Made by a program: the position numbers and the translations under genes
The notes under the pieces: model-generated
The model's database searches: none
Told to the model about the DNA's origin: nothing
The model's input: only the letters and a program-made list of their open reading frames with translations
NCBI GenBank assembly: GCA_002633005.1
Contig: NMRA01000916.1
Coordinates: 38,294 to 73,142, forward strand
Direction of reading: 5' to 3'
Source of the DNA: Phoronis australis
Lineage: Eukaryota > Animalia > Phoronida
Length of the DNA stretch: 34,849 bases
In this document: piece after piece, positions 22,559 to 34,849 of the stretch
Numbering within the stretch: the stretch's first letter is position 1
How the letters are laid out: each line of letters starts with the position of its first letter

Positions 22559-25500
22559 GCATCAAAATTCATCAAGATACAGACATGTCATGTCTTTCAT
22601 AACGACTTTAAATCCACAGCTTAACCATAATTCAGAGCTACCATCTCGACAAAACCCCCTGGGCATCAAGTGACCAGTGACAGACATCAGCTGTTAACAG
22701 AAAATCTATGCATGTCAAGCCAAGGAAGAGGTCTTCTTAATGAGCTTGTCAGCACCCTGGAGTACCCTGCTCAGTGAAATAGTTAACAAAAGTCCTCCAT
22801 TAAATAATGTCTATCTGTGTACTGAATGCTTTACAAGAGAAATAACGAGTGGCCATTCTTTTTTTTTAATTTCTCAGCTTTCACGTTTGGAGAAATGGCA
22901 TTACATTTTCTCTTGCCTTCCTATGACTCAGACAAACACCACCGTTAGGTGTAATGAATGCAACAGGTCTGAACCAAGCTTTATTCAAGTCAGTCTCTTC
23001 AATTTGAGACACTTAAGTCTTTGCACTTAGGTTGCTTAGGCTTTAGTTAGAAAATTGTCCACCTTTGAAAAAAGATTAAAAACCTTTGGTTCAATGCGTA
23101 TTACGCAAAATCTAACATTCTCATCTTGTTAGAAAACAAAGTGTCATTTGTTTCAAAAGATTATAAACACCACTCCCCTTTCTGGGAAAGCAATTATAAG
23201 TACCACTGGCACAGAGATTTTCTTTTTTTCTCTAGGTCCTAGACATTTGCCCTCAAGTGTCAAAATCTGTGAGGACATTTTGAAAATCAAACAAAAAAAT
23301 TTTGCCATTGGAATATGGCGATGAAGCTTTGACCCAAATTTATCAGCGATGGGGAAAACGAACCACTTCCAAACGGGAGTGGTTCTTTGCTTTGAATCGT
23401 CAAGTTCACGACAGATATGAAAGGCAAAGAATTGAATCATGCAAATGTCTGGACTGAAATAAAATCAATCGGACATTCTGAAAATAAATCGAATGGTCGA
23501 CGCTTAAAAAACAACAGCCGGCAGTTTTAATGCACTGATTAGGCCAAAAAGCGTTGAGTCAGTGTCGTTTTTCTTTTTGAAAATTGAGTTGGTAGTGTGG
23601 TATTTTTAGTAGCTCACTTTTTCAATAGAGATAAACAAAAATGAAGTGTGATTTGTTTTTGTTGTTTATTACTCATCAATTAGCAAATGATGGTGTTTCA
23701 AACCTTTCTTATCCTTGCTTCCATGCCTTATGCAGCTTTAACAAACAAAACTATGGTGGTTGGATGTTTTTTTAGCAGGTGATGACACATACAAGTTTTC
23801 AGATGGATTCGACATATTATGCGACATCTGTTTGCAAATTTTTATGTTCCAATAAACACCTCTAGAAGAACACTGTTAGCGGTGCATTCGTGGGCGCATT
23901 TCAACGCTCTGCGTTGCTCTTGTTGTTTTTATTTACGATGAAATAATGGTATCGACATTGGCAATCTTGCACAAACAGCACTGGCCGAAGGGGTGGGTAG
24001 ACAATGGTGTCACTCGGGGATTTGTCCCCGCCCATGGAAACTTTCTTGTGCTTATACATTGATGATGTGAATTTTTTTTCAAGGTGACTGAGAGCTCGAT
24101 CGTGTTTCGTGATTCCACCAGACGGTCGCAGATGCCTGTCTGAGCGCGTGGTTGTGGCAATCGGTATACGTAGTAATGACCAGCGCCCAAGTCGTATCCT
24201 TGAACCGATAGTCGCCTTACGCGGACGTCACGATAGCCTACACTTTTGCAATTAGTTGGATTGTCGACTCGTCTCGTGATTGGCCGTCATCACTGAAGAC
24301 GATCGAAGATATCTTACAAGGTTACTGATTGAGTTGAGAGTGCCTGCACTTTCGGGTATAGTTGTGACTTATGACACGGGACGCATGGTGACTTTTTCAC
24401 TCAAGTGGATACTATCAAGATTACTGGCGAACGGGTAATATTAGTAGGTTCACACGGGGTGGGATTGAAGTTGTACTCATGAAAAGGGTTTCTGATTCAC
24501 TCATAGCGCAAGTGATCAGTCGTATTAAGAGAACAGACGATAGTCCAAATGGCTGTGCATCCATAAATAATAATTTTCTAAAGTTTAAATCCCTACGTGT
24601 TAAGCCGACTTGTAATGCTGCGAAAGGAAATCCTATAAAACGTAAACCATTGAACAAATTGGTCCTTCAAACTTGAAGCAGTGTGTTTTAAAAACTCATA
24701 TTGCCACCGGCCCAACAGTACATTACACACGATATAAACACGAAATACACACCGCACAAAATTGTAGTTTCCGTCGGTGCTCCCTGCATATTGAAAATAG
24801 TTAACTTGGCTTACTTTGACCAGGAGTTTAGAGCCCCTGGCTGAATTGCAGGGGCGAATTTTGGCCTATACTCAGTTCAGTCCCTTCAGTTATTGATGAA
24901 TGACCAGGCGGGAGTGAAAGAACCAACTACCACTCCAGGTAAGAAAAAATTCCTCCCAGAACTCACAAAATTAGTACCATTCACTCGGACACATTGTTGC
25001 AGAAGGGTCACCTCTTCAAAGTTGATTTGCAGTAGCTCCGAGCTCAGCAGGACATTTGTGGAACTTCCCAAGAGGGAACGCCCGGCACAGACTCAGAGAT
25101 TGCGACTGGGGTGGCGACTTCGGCTGGGGTTCAGCAAAACTAAAGTTTCAATGATAACCCAATTCTGGCTAATTCCCCATTCAGAAGCCCGGGTCGTCGA
25201 CTTTTCCAGTTTGACCTGAGTGTGAGTCCTAATAGGCCTACAGCTATTTTAATGACTTATCAAAAAATGTTCATTGTATAAAGAATCATAGCAAAAACCT
25301 ACAGCAGTTATATGAATCACGTTTGCGTGTCCAAAATAACTTTATTCCCAGACGTATACGCTTCCAAATCTGTTTTCTTGTCATAACAGGTCAGAAGTGA
25401 AATTGGTTTCTAACGTGTCAGAACCTTGAATTTTCGGTTTCAGAGCAGAAATCGATTCGTGTTGCGACTTGAAACTCAAAGCTGAGATTTATATGAAGTC

Positions 25501-26411
25501 ATAACAAACTGTCAGTTAATTGTTTCGATTCATGTTTATCAATGAAGGATGTGAACGTAAGCATGGTAACATGCTTAGAGCGAACCGAGTAAAATTAAAG
25601 CAGCGATTTAGTTCATGTATTCTTCACGAGAATTTTGAAAAGTTATCTTGCATTTCCGAAATCATACAGCTTCAGTTTGTTATAGTTATGGCTGAGACGT
25701 ACCCGATCAAAGATGTGAAGAGTCGAAGGAATGTGGATCATGCCAAGGGTACCGGACTGAAACAAACTCGCTCCTTGTACTGGTATTCCTCGGATGCCGC
25801 AGGCCTATGGGGAGGAGAAGGTAGTCAACTTCAATTATGGAAAGAAAACTGTCCGCGTAGCACCTAAAAACCTAATGCAGGGAGCGTTTTTGGTCGTGTC
25901 TGGAAGCTCCCTCGAGCTCCCATCACTAAGCCACCTACTATGTTGATCTTCAATTCTCGCTACGGCTAACGGTAGAAACAAGCCTTCCAGGACAGAAATC
26001 ACACACCGTTATGAAATTAGTCTCCCAAAATTCAATTTCGAGTTCGACTTGGAGTCAAAAAGAATAGACCCCTGGCCAGGTTTTCCAAGCCCAAAATCAG
26101 CAAACTTAAATCTGTTGAGTGCCACTTACTATTGGGCTTTCAAAAGTTAGGCTGCGGCCGCGGCCAATTCGGATTGCCAAAATATTAAAGTCTACGGATA
26201 GGCCAGGATTGGGGGCATTCAATTTAGGTATTACATGTACATGTACATGCAGTGTAAGTGAATGTGATTTATTAATTTGTGTTTGTGAACATGCTGAGAA
26301 TGAAAAATACCACTTGGTCGGCAGTAGCTGCAGTTCTCTTCAAGATTGCGGCTCCTTGCTGCATTTGTGCATTGCTGGGTAGCGAAATTGGCCTCGATTT
26401 TCGGGTATGCA

Positions 26412-26590
26412 TGAAGGATCAGAAAGGCGGTCTGGACTTTAAAACAGCACAATGAATAGAGACGATGGAGCTCACAGTTCGACTCAGCCCTGTGTACAAC
26501 CCTGTATTACGCCCAGCGACACCGAGCGGCAAGACATCACACTGATGAAGGCTTCAGCCAATCTGAGAAGCCGAAAATTTGCCGTAGTTT
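26412..26590 (+). mobile_element. Penelope-like element 3' fragment (GIY-YIG endonuclease C-terminus plus hammerhead-bearing terminal repeat)
   Basis: Frameshifted peptide RIRKAVWT..., MNRDDGAH, LSPVYNPVL resembles the EAxWI...MNRDxG...LS.xY end of Penelope GIY-YIG domains. It is followed directly by CTGATGA-helix-GAAA. Confidence 0.7.
26526..26586 (+). ncRNA. Degenerate minimal hammerhead ribozyme
   Basis: Core CTGATGA (26542-26548), helix II GGCTTC/GAAGCC, GAAA (26573-26576) and palindromic AATT as helix III. Helix I pairing (CGGCAA/TTGCCG) is out of register. Confidence 0.55.
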
Positions 26591-26779
26591 TTTCAATTTC
26601 TCTTTGGAGGCACCAAAAGCACCAAATGTATTAACTGAGACCAAACGGGCAGGTAAAGAAGTGCGAGTTGTCCAAAATCTGCCTCGTGTTCCTAAGTTGG
26701 ATTTAAGTCGAGTTTCCGAAGCCGAGAAAAGCGGAAAACGTCGCAAGTTTTCAAGTTTACTGAAAATCTGACGGTGATC

Positions 26780-27263
26780 GCTTAATGATTCGGTGAAAAC
26801 TTATTTTTGATGAATATATCTTATCTTAACAAAGTTCACTATTTCAACATTTACTCGCAATGTCAAGTGAGTTTGCAGTGCGTAATTAACTTATTTATCA
26901 CTAAAACATTTTAATTTTGTGAACGTGCATCGAGTCGAGGCAGAGTCAAGTGTTGACCTACTTAATGGTAGGTCAACAGTTCACCACGCGCTGGGAGACT
27001 GATATGAAACCAAGTACGAAATGGACAACAGAAATCAAGCTGGTGGTTAAAGCGCGTCGTGAGCATGAGATCGAAACATCGAAATGATCAAATTACCGAT
27101 CAAATTAATGAATTTCGATAACAATTTATCTCTTTCCACAACTTGGTGATTGTATATTATTTTTGTTATTTTTGTCAATTTTAATTCTTGAATAAATATT
27201 AATATTGGAAAGTTTCAGTGAAATCCACCGAGTCGTTTTATAGATTTGTTTTCGTGCTCTTAA
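26780..27263. mobile_element. Degraded palindromic non-autonomous DNA transposon (possibly Kolobok-like)
   Basis: Central perfect hairpin TGTTGACCTAC-N6-GTAGGTCAACA (26951-26978). Weak arm symmetry (CGGTG..AAACTT versus AAGTTT...CACCG). Right end CTC-TTAA; the left end is unclear. Confidence 0.35.
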
Positions 27264-30200
27264 AATAGCACTTGTTGCAAATATTGCCATACTCTAGTTG
27301 TTTATATATTACTATTGGTATTTTTGTGTTAGCGTTTGTTGTTGTACTTCACTGCCGACGTTTTCTTCTTACTTACGTATACTACTAATTACTTCGTGAA
27401 CACAAAGTGACAGAGGCGTTGAGGCTACTTGGACTCGGTGCATTCGTTTCGACGCATAACTCCCACACCAACGAAAATACGTTTTGTATTCGTTTTTCCC
27501 GGCATCTTTCTATCCTGCACCTCGTTGACTCAATATTATGGCGACTCGGTGAGTGAAAGGGCTGAGGGTACATACGAACTGCTCAGTCTATGCATGGCGG
27601 GAGATTCTATGTGAGTAACAGCCCTGTAGCCTATGACTTCGGATAAATAGTAAACAAATTTCCAGACTACTGTGCTATTCTAAGGTGGTTCTGATAAATC
27701 GGAAAATATTTCGTATTTGAAGTTTCCGAGAATTAAGATAATGTATTTTGCTAGACGTAGATGAAATAATGTAAAAACAGCCAATTTTTTTCTGAATAAG
27801 GTTCGAGATATCTTTAAATATATTTAGAGACTGTGTACAATTTCTAAAATGTGAGTCATCTGTGAAATTATTCGGCAATACACTCTCTCTACTCTGGTCT
27901 CATTTTTCATGTGTTCGTGAGTTCCTGGCGAACGAAAATTTTCAACTGAATGCAAACGTTAGCAAAATCACGGTTACTGGGCCGATTTAAAAAACGCTGT
28001 TTTCTCTCATTTTTTTCAAATAATATTGCCAAATTTACATAAAACGCAAATCAGCAAGAGTAGAAGGCGTTAGATCGTAATCATCTGATCGCCTCTGCAT
28101 ATGAATCTGAAGTCAAGCATTTACATTGTATCCTCGTTCGTGACTCGATAAATATTTAAATTCTTATCTGCTGTCAACGGCTTGAACTGAAATCGGACGT
28201 GATACGAAACCGTCACTCCCGAAACGTTGCAAAGGGTTTTCGTATTCTATCCTTATCTCAGTCGTTTAAAGAAGATGTTCACAGCAAGCTGTCCAAATAA
28301 CATTCAAAGTCCTTACTTTCTTCTTCGTGAATTACACATTTTGATAATTAATCACTGTTTCAGATTCCAGGGTAACTCTTTAACAGTCACTTGTGTGTAA
28401 CTAATTAGATCTGGAATTGGGCTGACAGTTTTTCTTTAGGTCATTTTAACCATGACAAAGTCAAATACGTAGTAGGTCGAACAAGTTGCAAGCCGTGGAG
28501 GTCATAAGAGTGGGCACATCAATGTGTCTTCACTTACCGTTCGAACATCTGTCATTTAGCCACCTTGAAAACGTCATACAACCAGCAACAAAATAGTCAT
28601 GCACACAAAGAAATTCCTTCTCGGTCAGTGAGTCCGTAGATATGTTTCGCGATGCACTTACTTTCATGCACCGGCATGTGGTTTTTCAAGCGGTGCATCC
28701 TAGATATTTAGTACTCAACTTGGTATGACGGAGTTTTTGTAATAATCAAATTCAATGTTTTCCACAACTCCATGAACAACTTTTCAGTTGAAAACAATAA
28801 TGACGGAGGCTTATTCGGAAGATCTTCAGGTTTCATTTGTTCGTGACTTGGAAACATATAATTCGCGAGCACAAATCCACATGGCGAGTGGATAAATGTG
28901 TGTGTGAGGTATCATTTGTTTCCCATTTCAGGTAATTATGTTTCGCGATCAACTAGGACGAGTAAAGGACATAAAATGTCTATTTAAAACATGTGGCTTC
29001 GTCATGTTGAGATACGACGTGTCTATCAGTGTACCTAAGGTAACTAAAGATAAGTGCTGTGAATTAGAAAATTATAAATATGAGCAAAATACTTCTAAAA
29101 CGGGGGAAACTTCATTACGAATCCCATTTTGTTTGCCAAAATAACCGATATAAGCACCAAATTTTTTTGATCTAGAAAGAGTTTTAAATGAGCGACAGCG
29201 GAAGTTTGAATCTGCACTGGAGCTGATCTAAGAAAATCACTTGTCTTGCCGAGAGCGTCATTTTAGTTTGGCTTGTCCCAGCCAACAAAGGGTTCTTCTT
29301 GTTCATTGAAACTGGTTATCGTCGACGTTGTTCTCGTGAATGATTAGTCATAGTGGAAATTTTAGCTAGTCGTTTGGAATAGCTCCTAAGATGGGAATGA
29401 TGAAAATTCTGACATCCGGTTTCGCTCGAGGCTGTGTTCCACTGTTTCTTGAGTTCACAGTTCACATCTACAGAATAAAAGTAGCGGACGTTTAGTATAC
29501 GAGGCATTTGTGCTTTCAAGTCGAAGCATACCGGGAGGTCGTCATTTCAGAATAAGGGAGTTGACAAGTGTACAACATGGCTGCAAGTAAGTGAAAGACA
29601 AATATGCGTAGCGTACTTTGAATGAATTGACGTTATACATACTTTAGGTGCGACTGCTGTGCCACGTTGACTTTCCTTCGCACCGGTGCCTCAGTCGATC
29701 TCAAAATACATAGTTATTTACATATCGAAATATGTCGCACAGAAGAGCACAAGCAAAGTTGGAATAAAGACAACAACTTTTCTAAAATGTAACGACATCT
29801 TTCGGGGGTAAAACATCCACCATGTCAAGCTTTATTCAGTAGAGCATACCGGGAGGCATCCGTAACCATCCTCTGGATAAAGCTTAACAATGTTAAAAGA
29901 TGTCGCTACATTTTAGAAAAGTTTACCTACAGGTTACATGTCATGTGCATGTAATTAGAGGGTGGCTGAACTTGTGGACAAACTACTCTGAAATTAGTGT
30001 TACAACCGCTGATCAACCTGGCACAGATCAGTCTGGGCCAATATTTCAACAGTGGTATGCCGCGTTCTGTCGAAGGCCAGATGAGTGTGTTGGCGTTTAT
30101 GTTAGATCCGTGGCCATCATTGTCATCAAGGTAAGAAATACCAACTTCAACGTGGATCTAAAACTACAGTTTGTCACCGAGCTCTTGGTCACAGAAGAGA

Positions 30201-30429
30201 ACTGGGCATTCCCCTGAACTGTAGTGCAGTGCTTAGGCTGAACACCTGTTTATAGAAGCTTTAACGTACAGTGTAAACTGCAGGACGTCGGTGATTTTAT
30301 GCCCCCTCCACCACCATAGACATGTCGTTCTTGCAGCTACCCATTGTACCTCCAGTGTTTCTTTTAAGTTTGCTTTGGGTGGGTCGATAGGTTATTTTTC
30401 CTTCGGTTGGCGGCTGTTCATTAGGCCGT

Positions 30430-32300
30430 GTCGACATCATCAGATCTATATCCAGTTTTCTTCCACGATTTCTGCCCAAGCACCGACAACGGGCCAACAG
30501 TGATAGCCAATCTCTGCATGTCGAAGGACGACCTCGAAGCTCGTTATGCTCTTCTGTAACACTCTTAACATGATGCTTTCTGTGCTTTCCTCAGTTTCTT
30601 TCCCCGGACGCCGATAGTATGGAACATTCTCCAGACGATAGAAAAACCTCTACACCCAAATTCTTCAGGAAAAGCACATTCGCCAGCTCTCACCTCTACA
30701 CGGCTCCATTGCACTTGTCTTTCTTCCTCTCGCATGGTTCTTCACAGTTTTCTTCCTCAATCCTATGACGGACTTCTGGTTCATATGCCGTATCACGGAG
30801 TCTGGACGCTGAACCGGTACCACCACACCTAGGAAGACGCGTTCCCGCAGCATTCGGCTTTTATTTCACGATCGACATCACTCAGAAGAGAAGGATACTG
30901 TACACAACTGAGTTTACGCTTGTCTCTTAGCTGACAGATGAATTATGTTCCTCTGGACTTCCTTGGCTGCTCTGGTCTTTTCTCCTTCTCGTCGTCTAAC
31001 ACGTCAGTTAAGGATTTTAACGGCTGGGCCCGGGGTCTCATGTTTTTACTCGAAATTATTTTTTGAAATTTTTCATTCTACTTTTTCTCGAACTCGCAAT
31101 ACTTGTCTATTATTCTGTACTTGAGTACATTGTGGTTTATCCATATGAATTTTTAGTTCAAGTTTGGGTTTGATGACCCGTAGATTCGAGCTACAAATTC
31201 GAGTTAAAACTCGATATTTCGAGTAAAAACTCGAGATTTCATGTTTTAGCTCGAACTTTTAGCATAAATGCTGGGGTCATCAAGTACAAACTAGGATTAG
31301 AGAGTTGTTCATGCAAGCCATCATGTACTTGAACATGAAATAAATAAGACGCTTATCTTGAGTTGTCGCAACTAGAAATTGAATAGAAATTGAAAATTTC
31401 GACTTCGAATAAAAGGATTACATCTCGGGCCCTGGTCAAATCTCTGCTCTGGAGAGCAACCTTGCAGTCTGGTAAGGCATGAGCAGGTGGTCACTTTGGA
31501 TCTTTCGTAAACCCTCGCCAGTAGAGGTTCACCAGTGGTGATGGTAAAACATGAACATATATTGACATGATAGGAATCTGAAGAATGGTGGCTGCTGGAG
31601 AGCAACCTTGTAGTATGAACAGGTGTACCCTTGCCACCACACAGTTGACACTGAATCTGAAGAGTTGTGGCTCCAAAATGCACCTTGCAGGTAGGTACCA
31701 CCTTGTCCAAGCACCCTGTCGTCCAAACTCCACACCTGGCTTGACGCACTGCTTCTTCAGATCGACTCACTTGTTCCTGTACCATCCTTTTCGATCCTTC
31801 TCCCGGGCTTTTCGCCCCTATCATAACTCTGAAGCCCACAGGCCTTGCCTGCCAATACACGTATTTCCTATCTTCTGCTTCTTCAACCTCTGAACTTGCT
31901 GACCACTGTTACGTTTTAATCGAGTCAATACACCAGCCTGTTAAACCTTGGGATCCTTGGGATCGAGCAGAGTCATTGCCGATCTTCACTTCAACCAGGG
32001 ACAACAATGGCAGCTGGAGCTCTGAAGATGACTGAACAGTCCCACTTGTGAAATACTGTCGTTGCAGTGAACTTCTCACTTTCCGCTGCATCGAATCAAT
32101 TGCTGTTGCAGCCAACAACAACCACCAAAGTATACGCGGGAGGCGCCCATGGGTTAGCAGGCTGCATTCACGCCTTGAATTTCCCTGGCTAGTCTCTGTT
32201 GTAGGATCTTCCTGTTCAACATGTTAGTGTGCTGAACGATGTCTTCGACGTTACTCAACAACCTACTTTCAAAAACAGCTCGGTTGACCTTTCTATACCT
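30430..32300 (-). mobile_element. Decayed HERO/R2-like non-LTR retrotransposon (post-RT region, CCHC zinc knuckle, restriction-like endonuclease)
   Basis: Ordered minus-strand motifs across frameshifts: PGKFKA*, HGRLPRILWWLL, LQLPLLSLVE, GRQGL, QGAWTRW, VLPSP..NL..W, CQLC...H, CKVALQ, DQ.LKSL.DVL, RPDSVI...KSVI, EENCEE..ERKK, FGCRGF, GKKLRKA. Boundaries are approximate. Confidence 0.85.
31027..31431. mobile_element. 405-bp foldback MITE, PIF/Harbinger-like, nested in the HERO element
   Basis: Termini GGCCCG/CGGGCC, 3-bp TSD CTG (31024-31026 and 31432-31434), and an imperfect palindrome over its whole length centred near 31210-31223. Removing it restores the host peptide FDQPLKSLTDVL. Confidence 0.8.
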
Positions 32301-32407
32301 ATGTACAGATTAACCAGCACACTTACTTGGGTTGGTTAAAATTGCTGAGCAAACCGCATATCACTAATCGGTGTATGACATGCGATTTCACTCGTACATT
32401 GTAGATA

Positions 32408-34755
32408 TTAAGCTGATGGCGAGTTGCCTAAAGAATCAAGACAGTTGTTTTCCCTTTTTTAATGAACTAGCCTATTCAAATCCATGATAATATCGTGCCC
32501 GGTGTGTAGACCCTGAGGTACCAAATATTGCGTCAGGGCCATTTTGCGTTATGGTTCCTTATTGTGTATCGTTCCATCATGTATGCATATTGCTGGGGGG
32601 AGCAAACGAACTTATTGATAACGCGGAAGGGATTCACTTAAGAATGGTGGTTTATCGTGACGTCAACTCCCGGTCTCCGGAGGGCCAACAGATCACAGTT
32701 CGACTGACTGATCTCGTCGAAAACATAAACTTTTTTACTTTGCAAGTTTTATTTTGTTCTAACATGATAACTACATTCATATAGAACAATACAGTATACA
32801 GAATAACATTAAATTACTAGTCAACAATTACTGTGTTTTCATCAGGATGTAACTTAATAAAGTTTACGAACATTTGGAAATTGAGATTTTTTCAACAAAC
32901 TTTTGGCGAAATATGTAATTTTTGCTAGTAAGATCAACAGATTAATGTTACAATTTTCCGAATTAGTGTTTCCCAAAACACCAAAAACACTTTTATTTTG
33001 TCTACATGAAAATTTACATATGTTTGTTTTAACCATTCAGCACTTGAAACAGGAGCCAGAAACTGGAGACAAGACGACATTCCCAAAACAGATGGAGAAA
33101 AGTTTCACTGTGTTCACCACAGAAAGAGTATAAATCACTTGTTTTTATTTTAATTTTGTGCAAATGATTATTAGTTGGCAATATTCTGATAATTAAGCCG
33201 TATTGAAACCAACGCAATTTTGTATCTTTTGTACAATCGAAGGAGAGTTCATTGACTTTTCTACACCATGTATCAGGGTCGCTAAAATTGACATTATTTA
33301 TAACAACGTTTATATCTATCTCAGATAACCACTTATTTTTACATTTACAAGCTGTCTGAAGTGTCTGTACTAAGGTGTCATAAATATTTACAGCTTGTGA
33401 TTTATTATTCAAAATTTTATAAATATAACTTGGAAAATTTGGTAAAAAGATATTGTCTTGTCTACGCTGCAAACGTTGCACTTCTTAATCCATAGAATTC
33501 TAGTATTGGAGGTTGAAAGTTATACCTGATACAGAGTTCTTCCTATGACCTAAAAGAACATTCAGCATTAAATAAATCACACACACTATAGACTCCTCTT
33601 TCTTGTAGAAAATAGATTTTGTATCGACTTTAATCTTTGAATTACACCACTGGGGAGCGTAAATAATATTTTCATTTTTGTCACACATTTGACACAGGAG
33701 CACATCGCTTAAAACTCCCTTCCTGAATAGATTGTCGGTTCCTTCAGCTATTTTTTAAGGAAAGTGTCCCCCCATTTTAAAAAAGTCATCAACTAAAACC
33801 CAAAATTGCCTCTGCAAGGTCACGCATGGTATTTGAGGTGAATAGTTTACGAAACCGCGATATTTTCAAAGACTTAATAAAAAACAAACATGAGGCATTT
33901 TTCAACCACCCTTATCCTGATTTTGTACAATTGCATTTCGGCTTACTTAGCCCTTCCCATTCCAAATGAAGCCAAAAACTCGCTCTAATTCTTGAATCAT
34001 GTCAATGGAGGGGCTAGGGAGGGATTGAAGCAAATGAACAATCTTGGGCAATAAAAGTGTCTTAACCACCGTTATTTTATCGAAAATAGTAAGAATTCTT
34101 CTTGACCAAGAGCCCACCATTTTCTTAATTTCCAAAAGCCTGCCACTATAGCTAATATCTGTCATTGTATTATAATCGGTGGAGAAGTTAATTCCCAAAA
34201 ACATGAAAGGTTTGTTAGTCCTCAACAGGTTTTCATTGACACAAAGTTTATAGTCAGAGTCATTTTTGAACCAATCCTATTACATCTTGTTTTCTCGATA
34301 CTTGGCTTCAAGCCAGAAAATTTCGCAAATTGATCAATTAAATTCAAAGATGATCTAAAAGATAATTCAGACCCTCCAAAATTAAACAAGTGTCGTAGGC
34401 GTATTAGATCAGTTTAAACTCAGAAACACCTATCCTGACCCCAAAAACATAAACTTGTTCAACAAAAGCCCTTGCTACCACTCTGTCCTTTTTCACCTGA
34501 CAAAAAGCATAACTTGTAGATAACACATTTAATGGAATTTTTCATGGATGACAAAATTAACGAAGCCATCCACTGGAAAAAAATTACATGCCAAAAAATG
34601 ACTACAAAATGCGGAATTTGACGTTCTTCTTTCCAAAATCGCAAAAGTCAAGAGTGCACTGGTTCCAGAGTGGAGACAAGATTCCAAACGCTCTTGACCT
34701 CTAGATTCCAAAAATTATTTCCAACCAGAGTTTTTCCTGAATTTTACTTGAAGAG
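32408..34755 (+). repeat. 2.3-kb duplicated segment, copy 2
   Basis: Direct repeat of 930-3261 with scattered substitutions and small indels. Confidence 0.95.
32733..34443 (-). mobile_element. 5'-truncated L1/Tx1-type non-LTR retrotransposon, copy 2
   Basis: Same motifs as 1255-2950, with YADD mutated to YAYD. Perfect 13-bp TSD AAAACATAAACTT at 32720-32732 and 34444-34456. Confidence 0.92.
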
Positions 34756-34761
34756 AACATT

Positions 34762-34849
34762 CAGGGGCGGATCTACGTTTTCAGTAAGGGGGGGTTTAGG
34801 ATTCCCGCAAAGGTCGAATCCTAGGCGCGTGGCGCCGAGAGGGGGGGGG
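34762..34849 (+). mobile_element. Probable left end of a GC-rich non-autonomous DNA transposon (runs off the window)
   Basis: Abrupt switch to CAGGGGCGGATCTA followed by G runs, where similarity to 930-3261 stops. This is a common MITE terminus type, but the other end is not visible. Confidence 0.45.

Noticed and set aside
24291-24315. Second hammerhead (CTGAAGA-CGATC-GAAG)
   Set aside because: No GAAA core and no adequate helix II.
24421-25940. Several 60-115 aa ORFs
   Set aside because: No recognisable domains or consistent exon structure.
28538-28640. Minus-strand CMTFSRW before a GTAAGT donor as the missing C6orf62 exon
   Set aside because: The surrounding residues do not align (no WPR motif) and the donor phase is incompatible with the next exon.
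30437-30475. Minus-strand GAAA...CTGATGA in the HERO 3' region as a ribozyme
   Set aside because: I could not build the required helices.

Overview
Animal genomic DNA, most likely from an invertebrate, and rich in transposons. There is no prokaryotic content. The core is a tandem pair of Toll-like receptor genes on the + strand, each with its recognisable coding sequence in one block (signal peptide, LRRs, a single LRRCT, TM, TIR). The first (9079-11837) is broken only by a 1-nt deletion in a G run inside the TIR. The second (14579-17305) has a nonsense codon and two frameshifts. Convergent with them are the last two coding exons of a C6orf62-like gene (- strand, 20543-21089); its upstream exons were not found. 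The rest is mobile DNA: a 5'-truncated Tx1/L1-type LINE with a 13-bp TSD, duplicated with its flanks about 31.5 kb apart; a HERO/R2-like RLE retrotransposon remnant interrupted by a foldback MITE; a Penelope-like 3' fragment with a hammerhead ribozyme core; a tRNA-derived SINE; and a Helentron-type non-autonomous element. The most notable non-coding signal is that last element's internal higher-order repeat, which carries seven co-oriented CTCF-like motifs. I found no evidence for a wholly new biological system. All family calls come from motif recognition, not database searches.
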